Shown here piece by piece: positions 28,201 to 36,710 of a stretch of 64,000 nt of DNA. The notes beneath the pieces were generated by a model. It saw only the letters and a program-made list of their open reading frames with translations. It was not told where the DNA came from and searched no databases. The position numbers and the translations under genes were made by a program. Every line of letters begins with the position of its first letter. The first letter of the stretch is position 1. Source of the DNA: a virus; the IMG/VR virus record IMGVR_UViG_3300049491_000955, positions 18,082 through 82,081 of that record. One strand, written 5' to 3'.

Positions 28201-30546
28201 AATGGGCGATCTGTAAATCCTATTGATTTCCTGAAATCTGGTACTCTTGGAGCCGGTGGCGGAGGCGGACAAATTCAAACTTCTTCTCCTAGTCCTTATA
28301 CTGGCAGCACCAAAGCTTCTTTCTATGGCGCAGGAGATGGATTTGATGGGAAGCCTACAGCTAGCGGGGAAACATTTGATCAAAATAAAATGACTGCTGC
28401 TATCAACGAAACCCTTCGTAAGCAGCTTGGACTAAATTTTGGCACTCAAGTTCAAATCACAAACCCAGCTACCGGACAATCCGTCGTTGTCCGAGTGAAC
28501 GATCATGGCCCATATGAAAAAAAAGGAGGAAAGTTTGTTCCCCACAGTACTCGCGGCTTTGATTTAAGCACGTCTGCCGCGCGGGCGATCGGTTTAGACA
28601 AGGTTGGCGTAGGCAATGTAAACTTCCGTGTACTTGGGCAAGGCGGCGCAACCGGTTCTCCTAACTTGAATAACTCTAGAGCTTATTCTTCTGCCAGTGG
28701 TTTGGCACAAGGGCAATCGAATCCTGGTGGTGTAATGATTGGCGCAGGAGGGAAAGTTGCTTTGGATAACTTGAATCAACAGAATGCCCAAGTTATTGCC
28801 AAATTTGAAGGAAGTCGGAAGCTTGCCCAACTTGATGCCGAAAGAAACGCTCGCCGTGCTCAGTCTCAATTAGAAACTAATCGAATTGAAAATCTTCGTA
28901 GTACAAAAGCTACACAAAGAAATTTGGAAGATTCCAGCTTGGGACTGGGCTATCAAACTTATGGAGTCGAAGCGACTCGACAAGCGATCGCAGTTGAACG
29001 CAAGTATGAAGATCAGGTACAGCAACTTCAAGAGCAACGCGTCAAACAGCAAGAAGCAATAGATACTGCTGAAAGTACTTTGGCTGTGCTGAGATCTAGT
29101 ACAGACGCAGAGATACCTTACAGAAAAGAATACATTCAGAAATTAGAAAAACTTCTTCCTTCTGTTAAAGCAGTTTTGGGACAGATTAACAAACAAATTC
29201 TTGATAGCGCAGAAGCAGAAAGCAAAGAGATTGGAGATATAGAAAAGAAAAGCTATGAAGCTGAAATGATTCGCTTGGGCGAAGCAAAGGACAACTACAG
29301 TCAAGGTAGATCTGAAATACTAAAACGTAATGCCGCCAATCGACGCACTTTAGCAGAAAGAAGTAGATTAAGTATTCCTGATTTGTTTGCTACTTTGGAT
29401 GCAGAGAAAGAAGCAGCATCCCTTGATGCTAGTGTCGCTTACAACTCAACCATTAGGGCTATTGATGAGCAAATAAAAAAAGAAATCAACAAAGATATTC
29501 TTAAGTTATTAAACAGCAGAAAAGCTCAAGCCTTTGCTTCTTTATTAAAAGCTCCAAGGGAAGCTCAGCAACGCTTTGATCGAGAACTCCTTGATAGACA
29601 ACTTACAGAAAGAGGAGAGCACGAAGGACGATTAGATAAAATTTCTGAGTCTAGAAAATCTCTTTTATCGGCTGGCTCTCAATACTTAGGTCGATTCAAT
29701 CTTGGCACAATTGCAAATCCTCTGAACAAGAAAATTGCTCAGATGGGTGCTGAGGATGAATATAGAAGAGGCTCACTAGAAATAGAGCAATTAGCAGCCT
29801 CTGGTAAATATTCTAATGAGCAATTATCCGAGCTACGCAAGAATCTAGAAAGCTTGAATACTATCAAGCTGGAAAATATTCGGGCTGAATTTGATGTATG
29901 GACTGGGGTAATGGAATCGACTAAAGGGCAATTTGAAGGCTTCTTTGGCAGTATGATTCGAGGAACTGCAAGCATTGGAGAAGCTTTTTCAAATCTTATT
30001 GGCGGTATCGCTGATAATCTTGCCAATCTTGCAGCCCAATACCTAACCAATGAAATCTTTGCTTCTATATTTGGGATTTCTAATAAGCCAGCTATTCAAG
30101 AATCCGGAGGAGGTGGATTACTTGGCGGAGGAATTGGTGGCATACTTGGCGGATTACTCGGCTTTGCTAATGGCGGTGAAATTGGCAATTATGCTAATGG
30201 TGGGATTATTGGGGCGATGCAGCGTGAACGGGCAATGACAGGGCGACGCGCTCACTTAATTGTAGCTTCCGAAGGAGAGCGTATTCTAAATCACAAAGAA
30301 GCGCAGATTTGGAATAAAATTACCGGGAGGCTTAATTTTGCTTCTGGTGGCATGATCGGAGCAGACGCGGGCACTCTTTCTGCTAGCGCTGGCGTTGGTG
30401 GGGGACTTACAATCAATGTTCCAATAAATGTTGGCAGTGAATCCAAAGGTGCTTTTGATAAGGGCAAAGAAGCCGCCCTTAAACAAGCAATTATCGCTAC
30501 AGTCGTAAACGAAAGGCGTCCAGGTGGCAGTTTATACCAAGTTTAA
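22261..30546 (+). CDS. tape measure protein with alpha/beta-hydrolase-like, M23 peptidase and RlpA-like DPBB domains
   Basis: 2761 aa; MDLGTLEI start; LEIQSPSKVF; QMAGK..VSQEELRQQLSEAIPGA; HDGVD...HLHY; ASFYG..TASGE..VNDHGP; FANGG and RPGG.L end. Confidence 0.9.
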   Translation: MDLGTLEINFIGSFQQLDRDIARAKTIATQAAKEIESSFKNTNFKITVNDSALSSLNKHLDFKKIHFQQVQQYFNQNPLTVKVDDTSLTKLNKELDIITKQRDVVVNVKANIRQEAELVGTEVGQQVKKSLSNSFKGLGKEVKDAVSLNSGITLGIGQLFGSMLGSQMISGLKRNLGVDVKAAIGSIFDTAAKPLKVFVVDNQDLKASINKAGVLLEERFESAGYKVGEAIIASLESKASTIEGKFNAFTKELIDPNKFQSQLSTLKKDIVDISSDVKGSLFNKQASQEFFGGLGEKISSRREKGLQTRAVPLVRERALQILEENKARNSANAVTSETEQIYIATGGYAGARGLSGKRLAGDLKKQISANDLAIWVKNDDTDLPKEAMSKAKEKAIALMTSMAKPHLRGYSKDAIEMAAQAMAALEKNPNVKVKFLGESGGGFAAEEAEKIVSLMGYGQKADYLGVGTPQFIGGLDSRNRKIISPDETLGAETHKMYAKLGLANVSSSQQNILGVFGHPYENYKEAGIAELQNFIQGMPKRFTSEDISGAKGAAQAFKAHDLKKLDSKQLEKFSEQAFANLQMIRRQILVATTETRQELEEIAKDFEDVYVASAPESREFTQARETIAKAQNIYKHLVPQAGLAAAKVGQELAKELESHQKEFAKVGGQYSGTYGRKYQSINSEMSDLIAKLQATELGVKKAEVKIPLTIPNVPEKAFVEQSAKQVSQAVAETAKQVIENTKKEIVKAQQTSPNTDKIKTQIAAIQEAIKKSQGYLAGTPELSSAYIDTILKVVPEIQKQLNEAIQSLPTEERMSSELGVQLANLKSQIPSMQKRVAEIVKNLNKDITRVASGEPKDSIKSLGNVFTEQLRTAKQFGQGSTQGDALAKDVLAATEKARQSISDLLVSFGQDVPEVIKKAAKIARQQITTSEKGAKTFLGEAKTAGLDTGAGFNEGLKQSIANVQKSAQAMAQIAIDVTEETLEIQSPSKVFERIGRFVGQGFKQGLDTIGQINFKQLFQDLIDSPADSIDKLLGNFSKLSGAAKAIAVAFAGFTVFQLFGSQLIDFGRSTSQVASNLENLERRIKFVSNSSADANKNLEFFRGNAKRLGSDISTSLTQGGAFAAVTRGSSLEGDPTRRIVGAVQQASTVLGATPEQQERGLLALQQMAGKTIVSQEELRQQLSEAIPGAAQVAARAYGLTTQEMNQLIEKGQILAEDFLPRLAQQLSIETSAGLPGALKTSVYAMGRFKNATLEAQESIGKLALPLQTFSLNVLSGGIEKLTGMLPLLINGFQFFILLITKPFWFPIIQGLFSIQANTLLTGISFKTLGASIATFSATALTALAPLLLQFLAFEAVILIFSALKEQYQDFASSIRDNTKQINQSIDELNKSLNKVGTGAAKPLAGNTEELRQRLAYEYNDKIQKNPFSVFSTTRVPVQIKELEDYLSASKELLATSQRLKKESESSTSTKAISDLKLLDAEYQRVQNRRRGLEVNNPGDAKGREALIAQEQDLLRKREEANRTPTTYQTAYATQAKTIKDLIELMEEQKKKGVVTAESEIQLQKLKKGLVEVTEKQEYFAKSTRSSQSSLLEFERSFARLDASLEGTKSRLESLSNISKVTLQSQEASGAITPGQNAFTDSLKQQEQISKQVAANISVIRQKYAELNNQNALQVLNDLGIDKNSTSAELKGRAEENQANPQVKSVLEKLAQVRDLEAETYRLNAQQAEQQNNLVKQIYDSNKAVLEYYQSIQRQTQELSIAAQEAAQTIKLTNVKSKLKAAISGTQDNFVNQFVDSIVQITESLGQIANEEIQAKRQILQNENAYKDIIKQGVDLNRNLPGLAPGATVGSYTGGYNQSLVFPIGGRNNSTISSGYGDRVHPISGKHKFHDGVDYPAPIGTSVVSPMAGVVVGVKYEARGGGKYVVIESLDSKGQKVEHTFMHLDQQMVKEGQQVAAGQQVGTVGNTGGSTGPHLHYRTRINGRSVNPIDFLKSGTLGAGGGGGQIQTSSPSPYTGSTKASFYGAGDGFDGKPTASGETFDQNKMTAAINETLRKQLGLNFGTQVQITNPATGQSVVVRVNDHGPYEKKGGKFVPHSTRGFDLSTSAARAIGLDKVGVGNVNFRVLGQGGATGSPNLNNSRAYSSASGLAQGQSNPGGVMIGAGGKVALDNLNQQNAQVIAKFEGSRKLAQLDAERNARRAQSQLETNRIENLRSTKATQRNLEDSSLGLGYQTYGVEATRQAIAVERKYEDQVQQLQEQRVKQQEAIDTAESTLAVLRSSTDAEIPYRKEYIQKLEKLLPSVKAVLGQINKQILDSAEAESKEIGDIEKKSYEAEMIRLGEAKDNYSQGRSEILKRNAANRRTLAERSRLSIPDLFATLDAEKEAASLDASVAYNSTIRAIDEQIKKEINKDILKLLNSRKAQAFASLLKAPREAQQRFDRELLDRQLTERGEHEGRLDKISESRKSLLSAGSQYLGRFNLGTIANPLNKKIAQMGAEDEYRRGSLEIEQLAASGKYSNEQLSELRKNLESLNTIKLENIRAEFDVWTGVMESTKGQFEGFFGSMIRGTASIGEAFSNLIGGIADNLANLAAQYLTNEIFASIFGISNKPAIQESGGGGLLGGGIGGILGGLLGFANGGEIGNYANGGIIGAMQRERAMTGRRAHLIVASEGERILNHKEAQIWNKITGRLNFASGGMIGADAGTLSASAGVGGGLTINVPINVGSESKGAFDKGKEAALKQAIIATVVNERRPGGSLYQV

Positions 30547-30800
30547 TCTTCTTCTTCTTCTTCTTCTTCTTTGCAGTCTTTAAGAATTATTTCAAATTCT
30601 TCAATAGCAATAATTGCCATTTTTACGCAAGCAACTTCTTGAGGATGCGTAGCAGTTTGCATTTTGTAATTATCAGAAACGTGATAGCCTTGCACAGCAT
30701 AAAATTTCTTCGCAAGTCTTTCAATCAACAAATCTCTGTAAAAAACTCCTAATTCCATCGCCCCCCCTCTTTTTCTTTTCTTTTTACTACTATAACTCAT
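30543..30800 (-). CDS. hypothetical protein (paralog of 31060..31290)
   Basis: LIERLAKKFYAVQGY...MQTA...CVKMAIIA. Confidence 0.65.
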   Translation of the reverse strand: MSYSSKKKRKRGGAMELGVFYRDLLIERLAKKFYAVQGYHVSDNYKMQTATHPQEVACVKMAIIAIEEFEIILKDCKEEEEEEED

Positions 30801-30893
30801 AATATCTCTTTTAGTAATACCTTAGTCAATATTCCTTTGTGTAGCGAAGTAAGTCAACCTCTACAGGGTTTTCGTCATTTTTGCCCTTCATTT

Positions 30894-31070
30894 TTAAGTT
30901 TTTTGCGTTAGTTGATCAATCAAATTTTTAGCTGCTTCAAAAGCTTCTTTTTCTGAGTCAAATCCCGTAACATATTTATTTACTGCTTTTCCCGTGATAT
31001 AGGAAGCGTACTTGTTATTTTTTTCTGTGATAACAATGCTGAAATTTTTGTGTGTTGTTTTAGCAAACAT
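30894..31070 (-). CDS. hypothetical protein (EA.EAA small-protein family)
   Basis: Likely start MFAKTTH; GFDSEKEAFEAAKNLID. Confidence 0.6.
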   Translation of the reverse strand: MFAKTTHKNFSIVITEKNNKYASYITGKAVNKYVTGFDSEKEAFEAAKNLIDQLTQKT

Positions 31071-31290
31071 TTTTAATTTCCTCTTTTTCCTCTTCTTTTT
31101 CTGTACAATTTTCAAGAATTACTTCAATTTTGTTAACGGCAATAATTGCCATTGCTACGCATCTGCGCCTTTCTCGACTTTTAGCACTTTGCATTCTGCA
31201 AGTAGGGGGAGCATAATAACCTTGCACTTTATAAAAGTCTTTAGCTAGCTCTTCAATTAATGCATCTCTTTCTGCGGATTCTATTTTCAC
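31060..31290 (-). CDS. hypothetical protein (paralog of 30543..30800)
   Basis: LIEELAKDFYKVQGY...MQSA...CVAMAIIA. Confidence 0.65.
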   Translation of the reverse strand: MKIESAERDALIEELAKDFYKVQGYYAPPTCRMQSAKSRERRRCVAMAIIAVNKIEVILENCTEKEEEKEEIKNVC

Positions 31291-31350
31291 AATTTTTCTT
31301 TTTTCTTTTTTCTACTATAACCCATAATATCTCTTTTAGCAACACTTTAG

Positions 31351-32799
31351 TCAATATTCCTTTGTGGGTGGCTTATAGTGAAGCAGATCAACCTCTACAG
31401 GGTTTTCGTCGTTTTTGCCTTTCATTTTTAAAGTTCCTTTTCCGCTACCCACTGTTTCGCCCATCTTGTCAGTAGTTGAAATGCAATCGATGCGTGGGCA
31501 AGAATCGATTAACTTGGAGAAGCCAGCTAGCTTGGAAGAAATACTAGTTTGATTCATGGAATGAGCAGTGAGAACTCCTGTGTATCCCCACTTCCTAATG
31601 TTGGTAGTCATTTGTTTTAGGAAAGTAGCCCAGACTTTAGGATCAATATTGTGAACTTCGTACGTATTGGCCTCACAAAGTACGATCGCAACTCTACCTT
31701 TTAGTCCTGTTTTGTCTTTCAAGTAATCCAAGTAGTCATCTTCATCGATTTCTTTTTGGCGAGCTTCGTCTTGGCGATCGCGTATGCTCTTTGGAAAATT
31801 GCTCATAAATTCATTGATAGAATCGATGTCCGACAAAACTGTTACCCCTGCCATTGTTTCCGTAGCAGCCGCACCTTTTCTAATTGTTTCAGGATTGATA
31901 ACTACAACATGGTGTCCCATCTCCCGCAACAAGTCGATGGCCAATCTTTCTAATGTAGATTTACCGCTACCTTGTTCCCCAGAAAGAACTTTAAAGGGCA
32001 TTTTGAGTAATTGGTATATCCATTGATGCTTTTGAGCTAATTGAATTTTCCCCGAACTAGACTTGCTGTCTTTAATCACTTTCTCTTCTGCTTTCTCTAA
32101 ATCCAGTCTTTTTTTGTCAGCTTTGCTTTTATCCCTAAAGTTTTCAGCAATTTTCTTATCAGCATCTGAATGGGCAACAGCACGATTTTTCAAATAATCT
32201 TCAAGTTGTAATCGTCCTTTAGCTTGTTCGTTTTCTGGATCAGTTAATCCAAGGTGTATGCGTTCTTCCGTATCTTGTGCTGTTAGTCCATCTTTTAATC
32301 TATCTGTGTACAACGCCCTCGAATGAGCTTTGGTCTCCCGATAATGCTTGTTATCTTCCCAAGTTCCATAGCCATAAGTTTTTTCTTGCTCATTAAGTTG
32401 GTAGTCTGTTTCATTTAATCTCTGCAATCGAAAATACATTGTTAATGCGGCTCCCCATAGTCCAGCGACCGCAAAACTTCCGCCAAGTAACTGATTAGGA
32501 TTGTCTGTTGGCAATGCCATGACTTCTTGAATTGAATTGCCTTTGTAAGGAATTTTACTACCATACATGCCGTACTTCTTCCATTCTTCGGTGAGCACAT
32601 AGCGAGGTTTTACGCAATACTCTTTGTTGATAACTATCTGCCCTTTTTTACCACTGGCAGACTTAGGACAGAATTTAATTTGAGTTAGATCATAAGCTTG
32701 AGTTGTTTGAGTAGCTACAAAACCTGTCACTGAAACAACTCCGCAAGCTAGTATCACTCCAAATTCAAACAAATTAGTTTTAGTTTTCTTCTTTGTCAT
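31351..32799 (-). CDS. membrane-anchored FtsK/HerA-type P-loop ATPase
   Basis: Two N-terminal TM segments, coiled coil, Walker A GEQGSGKS, degenerate Walker B AIVLCE, and IRKWGYTGVLTAHS (FtsK-like RKxG...TQ). Confidence 0.75.
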   Translation of the reverse strand: MTKKKTKTNLFEFGVILACGVVSVTGFVATQTTQAYDLTQIKFCPKSASGKKGQIVINKEYCVKPRYVLTEEWKKYGMYGSKIPYKGNSIQEVMALPTDNPNQLLGGSFAVAGLWGAALTMYFRLQRLNETDYQLNEQEKTYGYGTWEDNKHYRETKAHSRALYTDRLKDGLTAQDTEERIHLGLTDPENEQAKGRLQLEDYLKNRAVAHSDADKKIAENFRDKSKADKKRLDLEKAEEKVIKDSKSSSGKIQLAQKHQWIYQLLKMPFKVLSGEQGSGKSTLERLAIDLLREMGHHVVVINPETIRKGAAATETMAGVTVLSDIDSINEFMSNFPKSIRDRQDEARQKEIDEDDYLDYLKDKTGLKGRVAIVLCEANTYEVHNIDPKVWATFLKQMTTNIRKWGYTGVLTAHSMNQTSISSKLAGFSKLIDSCPRIDCISTTDKMGETVGSGKGTLKMKGKNDENPVEVDLLHYKPPTKEY

Positions 32800-33106
32800 C
32801 TTTCAAATCCCAAAAATTAATTAATACTTTTTCTGCAACAGTTTCTCCTACTTGATTCCAAAGAACATTTTGTTCTTGGATTTCTGGAAAGGCAGACATT
32901 GAATTTATAGTTTCAAAACAATTGAAATCAATCCAAATTAATTCGCCAAGTTCAGCTAATTCTTGTTTTTCAAGAAAATGAGGATTTACTATATACTCTT
33001 GAATTCTTTCTTGAATTTGTTCTCTGCCACTTTGGTTGTACTTTAACTGATTCCAAAGATTTGAAAACCATAAAACAACTTTAGTTGTGTCGCTGTATTG
33101 ATTCAT
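32780..33106 (-). CDS. hypothetical protein
   Basis: Overlaps the ATPase start; same operon. Confidence 0.65.
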   Translation of the reverse strand: MNQYSDTTKVVLWFSNLWNQLKYNQSGREQIQERIQEYIVNPHFLEKQELAELGELIWIDFNCFETINSMSAFPEIQEQNVLWNQVGETVAEKVLINFWDLKDDKEEN

Positions 33107-33339
33107 TTTTCTGCAACTTTAAACAAAAGAACAACCATAAAAACAGTCATCGAAAGACAAATGCCAACGCTTAGCCAAGGATAAAGAAAGGGATATTGAC
33201 CATAAATAACTGCAAGATTAGAACTGAGTCTATATATAAGATCGTCAACAATTTGGCTAAAAAATACGTAATCTAATTTAAAAAAAATAATAGCTGTTGC
33301 TGTTGTCAAGATTATTTTTAAAAAATTATTGTTTCTCAC
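33103..33339 (-). CDS. small two-TM membrane protein
   Basis: Two hydrophobic segments; overlap-coupled. Confidence 0.65.
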   Translation of the reverse strand: MRNNNFLKIILTTATAIIFFKLDYVFFSQIVDDLIYRLSSNLAVIYGQYPFLYPWLSVGICLSMTVFMVVLLFKVAEK

Positions 33340-33962
33340 TTTCTAAAAACTCCTAATAGTAAAACAAGTGCGATCGCACCAAGTACAGCAAATCCCCAAG
33401 CACCAGCCCACGCATCAGAGCGAGGTTCTTGCTTTTCAAAGATTTGAATATCTTCAGCAATTTCATGAATAGTAGTGTTTGTGATATCTTGAAAATATCG
33501 GTAATCTTGTCCAGCTAAATAAGTAGTGATTGCCGAGCTACCCAAACCAAACACAACTTTGACAGTACTTTGAGCATTATCAACTTCTAGTCCTTCTCCA
33601 GCCTTGTAGTTTACTCTAAAATTGGTCAATCCTGAAAGCGGAACTACGGCACAGCAAGTAAAACAAAGGCTAATTGCTAACCAATAGTTTACTCCTCCGC
33701 CCAAAAGCAATAAACCTTTAGCAAGGAAAAATCCGGTAGCATTCATCGACCACCCCACAAGATATCCAGTAAGCTTCCCTGTTGTTCCGATGACTTGTTT
33801 TCTGTGTAGCTTTCTCTCTTGTAAGTGCTCTGCTAAATCTTTTGGAAGAAGAGTGTCTGGAGCATATTCCATTATTTCTTCTTGCTCTGTCTGTTGCTCG
33901 TTTAATGTATACATGTAATAATAATCCCAGTGTAAACATATTTTGTTTGGCAGCTTATGCAT
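33336..33962 (-). CDS. multi-pass membrane protein (start probably 33914 or 33872)
   Basis: Three to four hydrophobic segments. Confidence 0.7.
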   Translation of the reverse strand: MHKLPNKICLHWDYYYMYTLNEQQTEQEEIMEYAPDTLLPKDLAEHLQERKLHRKQVIGTTGKLTGYLVGWSMNATGFFLAKGLLLLGGGVNYWLAISLCFTCCAVVPLSGLTNFRVNYKAGEGLEVDNAQSTVKVVFGLGSSAITTYLAGQDYRYFQDITNTTIHEIAEDIQIFEKQEPRSDAWAGAWGFAVLGAIALVLLLGVFRK

Positions 33963-33981
33963 AAAGCTGCCAATTTTTTAA

Positions 33982-34656
33982 CTAAAAACCAAAAATAAAA
34001 TCTTTGATTTTTCCAACTACATTATTACTTGCGTAATTTTTTTTGGGCTTAAAAGCCTCTACAGCTTGATCGCCTTCTGCCAGATAATAATTACCCATCT
34101 CTTTGTTGTGCTGAAGATCTACTGTTTGTTGCTTAATTGGAATTCTCAATTCTTCTTTAAGCAATTGATAGTCTTCATCAATAGTAGTCATATGAGCATC
34201 AATCCAAGCTTTAAGTTCAAGTCTCTTTGCTGTTCTCTCATGTCTAAGCTCTTCCTTCCTTTGAGAATTCTCAAAGTCGGTTTGCATTTCATCCAGAGCA
34301 TTGACGAGACTTGTATCTTCTAACGTGGCAGATTGAATTGCTCTTTCAACTGCTTTGCCGCTAACACCTGCTTTCTTGTAGATTTCGGAGAGAACAAGAT
34401 TTAAATCTTCTTGTCCTTGGATAGCTGCAATCATTTGGTCTTTTACTTTGGGAGCAAATTCACTAATTCTTGCTCCGTCTATACCCATCTGCCCAATTAT
34501 TTTTAGAGCTTTTTGATCACCTGTAAGAGCACTAATGATTAGTCCTTGGGACACTCCTGTATTCAGTCTTAGTTGGGCTTGTAAATTGCGGGTTTTTCCT
34601 AAAGTTACCCTGTTTTTTAGCTTCCCAATATGTCCGGCACTTTTCTTTCCAAGCAT
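33982..34656 (-). CDS. helical/coiled-coil protein
   Basis: 224 aa, mostly helical. Confidence 0.7.
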   Translation of the reverse strand: MLGKKSAGHIGKLKNRVTLGKTRNLQAQLRLNTGVSQGLIISALTGDQKALKIIGQMGIDGARISEFAPKVKDQMIAAIQGQEDLNLVLSEIYKKAGVSGKAVERAIQSATLEDTSLVNALDEMQTDFENSQRKEELRHERTAKRLELKAWIDAHMTTIDEDYQLLKEELRIPIKQQTVDLQHNKEMGNYYLAEGDQAVEAFKPKKNYASNNVVGKIKDFIFGF

Positions 34657-34822
34657 CTATATATACCTCGCTACATTCGTAATCCATTCGTCGCATATAT
34701 GCATCAAGTTGAGTTTGATGCTTTTCTTCTCTTTTAAAATTCTCGATACTCACTAGTGGCAAATATATAAAGTAATGAGTACCGAGAATCAAGCTTGTCA
34801 ATCCTGTAAGCAAAACAGCCAC
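34532..34822 (-). CDS. possible single-TM protein
   Basis: N-terminal TM; overlaps the 33982 ORF by 125 nt. Confidence 0.35.
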   Translation of the reverse strand: MAVLLTGLTSLILGTHYFIYLPLVSIENFKREEKHQTQLDAYMRRMDYECSEVYIDAWKEKCRTYWEAKKQGNFRKNPQFTSPTKTEYRSVPRTNH

Positions 34823-34847
34823 CGGTCTTACAGGATTTTTTCTTCTG

Positions 34848-35543
34848 CTACTGCTTAAATCTTGCGGAGATTTCGGCGAAAGCTGTGGTAAGTTCTTCGC
34901 CGCAGCTTTTGTAATCGTTGGTCGATTCCTCCATTGCTGAAGAAAAATTATTCAGCAATCCAACTACGTTGCGATCGCTTTCGTCAATTGTTTGGTACAA
35001 AGATTGAAACTGTGATTGAATGTATTTTTCTTCTTCTGCTAAATAAGTTTTGATTAAGCCAAGCACATGAGTAATCATCTCTCCTCTGCTTGTGCAATTA
35101 GCAGGAATGCTTTTTGCAATTGTTTGAATCTCTTGCTTGTGTAGTTTCAATCCACCTTTTTGCAAAGTCGAACCTACAATTTCTAGCTTTTCAGATTCTG
35201 CTATTAATTGAATTTCTCCTTTAAGCTCAACTGGCTCAACTTGTTCGGGTTGGATTTCTTCTGGCTGAATCTCAAAACTTAAGTTTTCTTCAGGCTTGAT
35301 TAAACTTTGGGAGACGGTGCTTAGTCCACTAGAAGGAGAAATATTTTCTTTTGATTCAAACTTAAGCTTTTCTACTATTTCTTGCATTTGTTCTTCTGTT
35401 GGCTTTTCTTCTGCACTGTTAATCACTGTGTAATATGCCTCTTTGATTTTTTGATAGCTTTTAATTATTTCGTAATTGCGCTTCAGTCTAGATTGAATTC
35501 TTTTAAAGTAAATTTTTTCGTTGTTGTGAAGCTTTTCAGACAT
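34848..35543 (-). CDS. acidic coiled-coil protein
   Basis: 231 aa; gagg RBS; coupled to upstream gene. Confidence 0.7.
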   Translation of the reverse strand: MSEKLHNNEKIYFKRIQSRLKRNYEIIKSYQKIKEAYYTVINSAEEKPTEEQMQEIVEKLKFESKENISPSSGLSTVSQSLIKPEENLSFEIQPEEIQPEQVEPVELKGEIQLIAESEKLEIVGSTLQKGGLKLHKQEIQTIAKSIPANCTSRGEMITHVLGLIKTYLAEEEKYIQSQFQSLYQTIDESDRNVVGLLNNFSSAMEESTNDYKSCGEELTTAFAEISARFKQ

Positions 35544-35544
35544 T

Positions 35545-35967
35545 TTAGTTACCTCTTGTTTTTTCTTTGTACATTAAAGCTTTGATTGTGATTTCAAACA
35601 GATCTTTTCCTAAATAAAAGTTACTTGCTTTAAATCCACCAATCTGTTTGAACCACCTAGATAATGTTGATTGCGACGGTTGTAAGTCAGATAAAGACAA
35701 ATAATTTAAAAATGCTTTACCAGAGTAGTATTGCTCAAAAGATAAATTTGCTCGGTGCTTTAATATCTTTTCTTTTGCGTTTGCTAATCGTTTTATACGT
35801 CCATTAGAAATCTTGTTTAGTCTTAGATAAAGAATTAAATTTTTTTCGGTTAGTTCTAGCTCTAAACTTTCCAAAAAAGTTTTTACTCTCCACCATTCCG
35901 TATCACTTGATCTTGATTCAATTAATTTTTCATACCTTTCTCTCTCCTTAGAGATTGTTATCGTCAT
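35545..35967 (-). CDS. basic DNA-binding protein (HTH-like)
   Basis: Likely start MTITISK after aggag; PSQSTLSRWF recognition-helix-like segment. Confidence 0.65.
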   Translation of the reverse strand: MTITISKERERYEKLIESRSSDTEWWRVKTFLESLELELTEKNLILYLRLNKISNGRIKRLANAKEKILKHRANLSFEQYYSGKAFLNYLSLSDLQPSQSTLSRWFKQIGGFKASNFYLGKDLFEITIKALMYKEKTRGN

Positions 35968-36267
35968 TTTTCTTCTCCTTTTCTTTCCTTTTCTCCTAAT
36001 ACAAACTTCTTTTTTTGCCGTATTACGTATTACGCATGTAATGCCCTGCATTTATGCTTTTTTTAGTATGCATGTACTGTTTTTGAGTATATATGCTTAC
36101 TAAAAACCCTTAAAAAAGACTGCATGTATTACGCACTGTCCATATTTAGGCTTAATATATGAGCGGTGTAATACAGTTTTTCCTGACTGCACTGCCTGAA
36201 ACTCTTTAGGAGTAAGCTTATTCACAATTCACAAGTGATGAATAAGCTTGTTTTTACCCCTAAAAAT

Positions 36268-36396
36268 TTACCTTTTTTCTAAACCCTTCTTTTGACCGAC
36301 AGAATCGCTGTAACGAGGTGGCAGTAACCATCGTGCATCTGCACGGGCAGGTTTTTGACGTTCTGACATCGATTCAAGCTGAAACAGGTCAATCAT
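36268..36396 (-). CDS. small hypothetical protein (42 aa)
   Basis: Read by hand: MIDLFQLESMSERQKPARADARWLLPPRYSDSVGQKKGLEKR; aaagga RBS. Confidence 0.4.
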   Translation of the reverse strand: MIDLFQLESMSERQKPARADARWLLPPRYSDSVGQKKGLEKR

Positions 36397-36428
36397 CAAT
36401 CTTTTCCTTTATTTACTGTTAGCTGAAA

Positions 36429-36710
36429 TTAGTTGCCTAGAAGAACAGAATAAAGACTTTCCACTACTTTGCAGTTAACATGATTGCTTGGCGAGGTCTT
36501 GCAGTAATAATTTGCATTCACCAAGTAACTGCCGAAAGTTAATAGTCCTACTCCAGTAAGCATGATTCCTAGTAGATGAGGAACAAACCCAAATCGTTTT
36601 TTGAAATTATCTCGTTCTTCTTCTTCTGGATCATAATTATTTCCCGCTTCTTGCCAAGTGATAAATTTGCCGTCGTAGTAGAATCCACCTTTCTCTTTTT
36701 TATTGCTCAT
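36429..36710 (-). CDS. single-TM membrane protein
   Basis: LLGIMLTGVGLLTFGSYLV followed by a C-x8-C segment. Confidence 0.65.
   Translation of the reverse strand: MSNKKEKGGFYYDGKFITWQEAGNNYDPEEEERDNFKKRFGFVPHLLGIMLTGVGLLTFGSYLVNANYYCKTSPSNHVNCKVVESLYSVLLGN

Larger units (their letters stand above)
30543..31430. repeat. degenerate duplication of the ATPase 3' end, promoter and downstream gene
   Basis: tagtcaatattcctttgtg...tcaacctctacagggttttcgtc.tttttgcc.ttcattttta at ~30823-30895 and ~31348-31430. Confidence 0.8.

Noticed and set aside
22485-30486. Short antisense and alternative-frame ORFs within the tape measure gene
   Set aside because: Shadow ORFs with no RBS or motifs inside a well-supported gene; the same applies to most nested ORFs in the track
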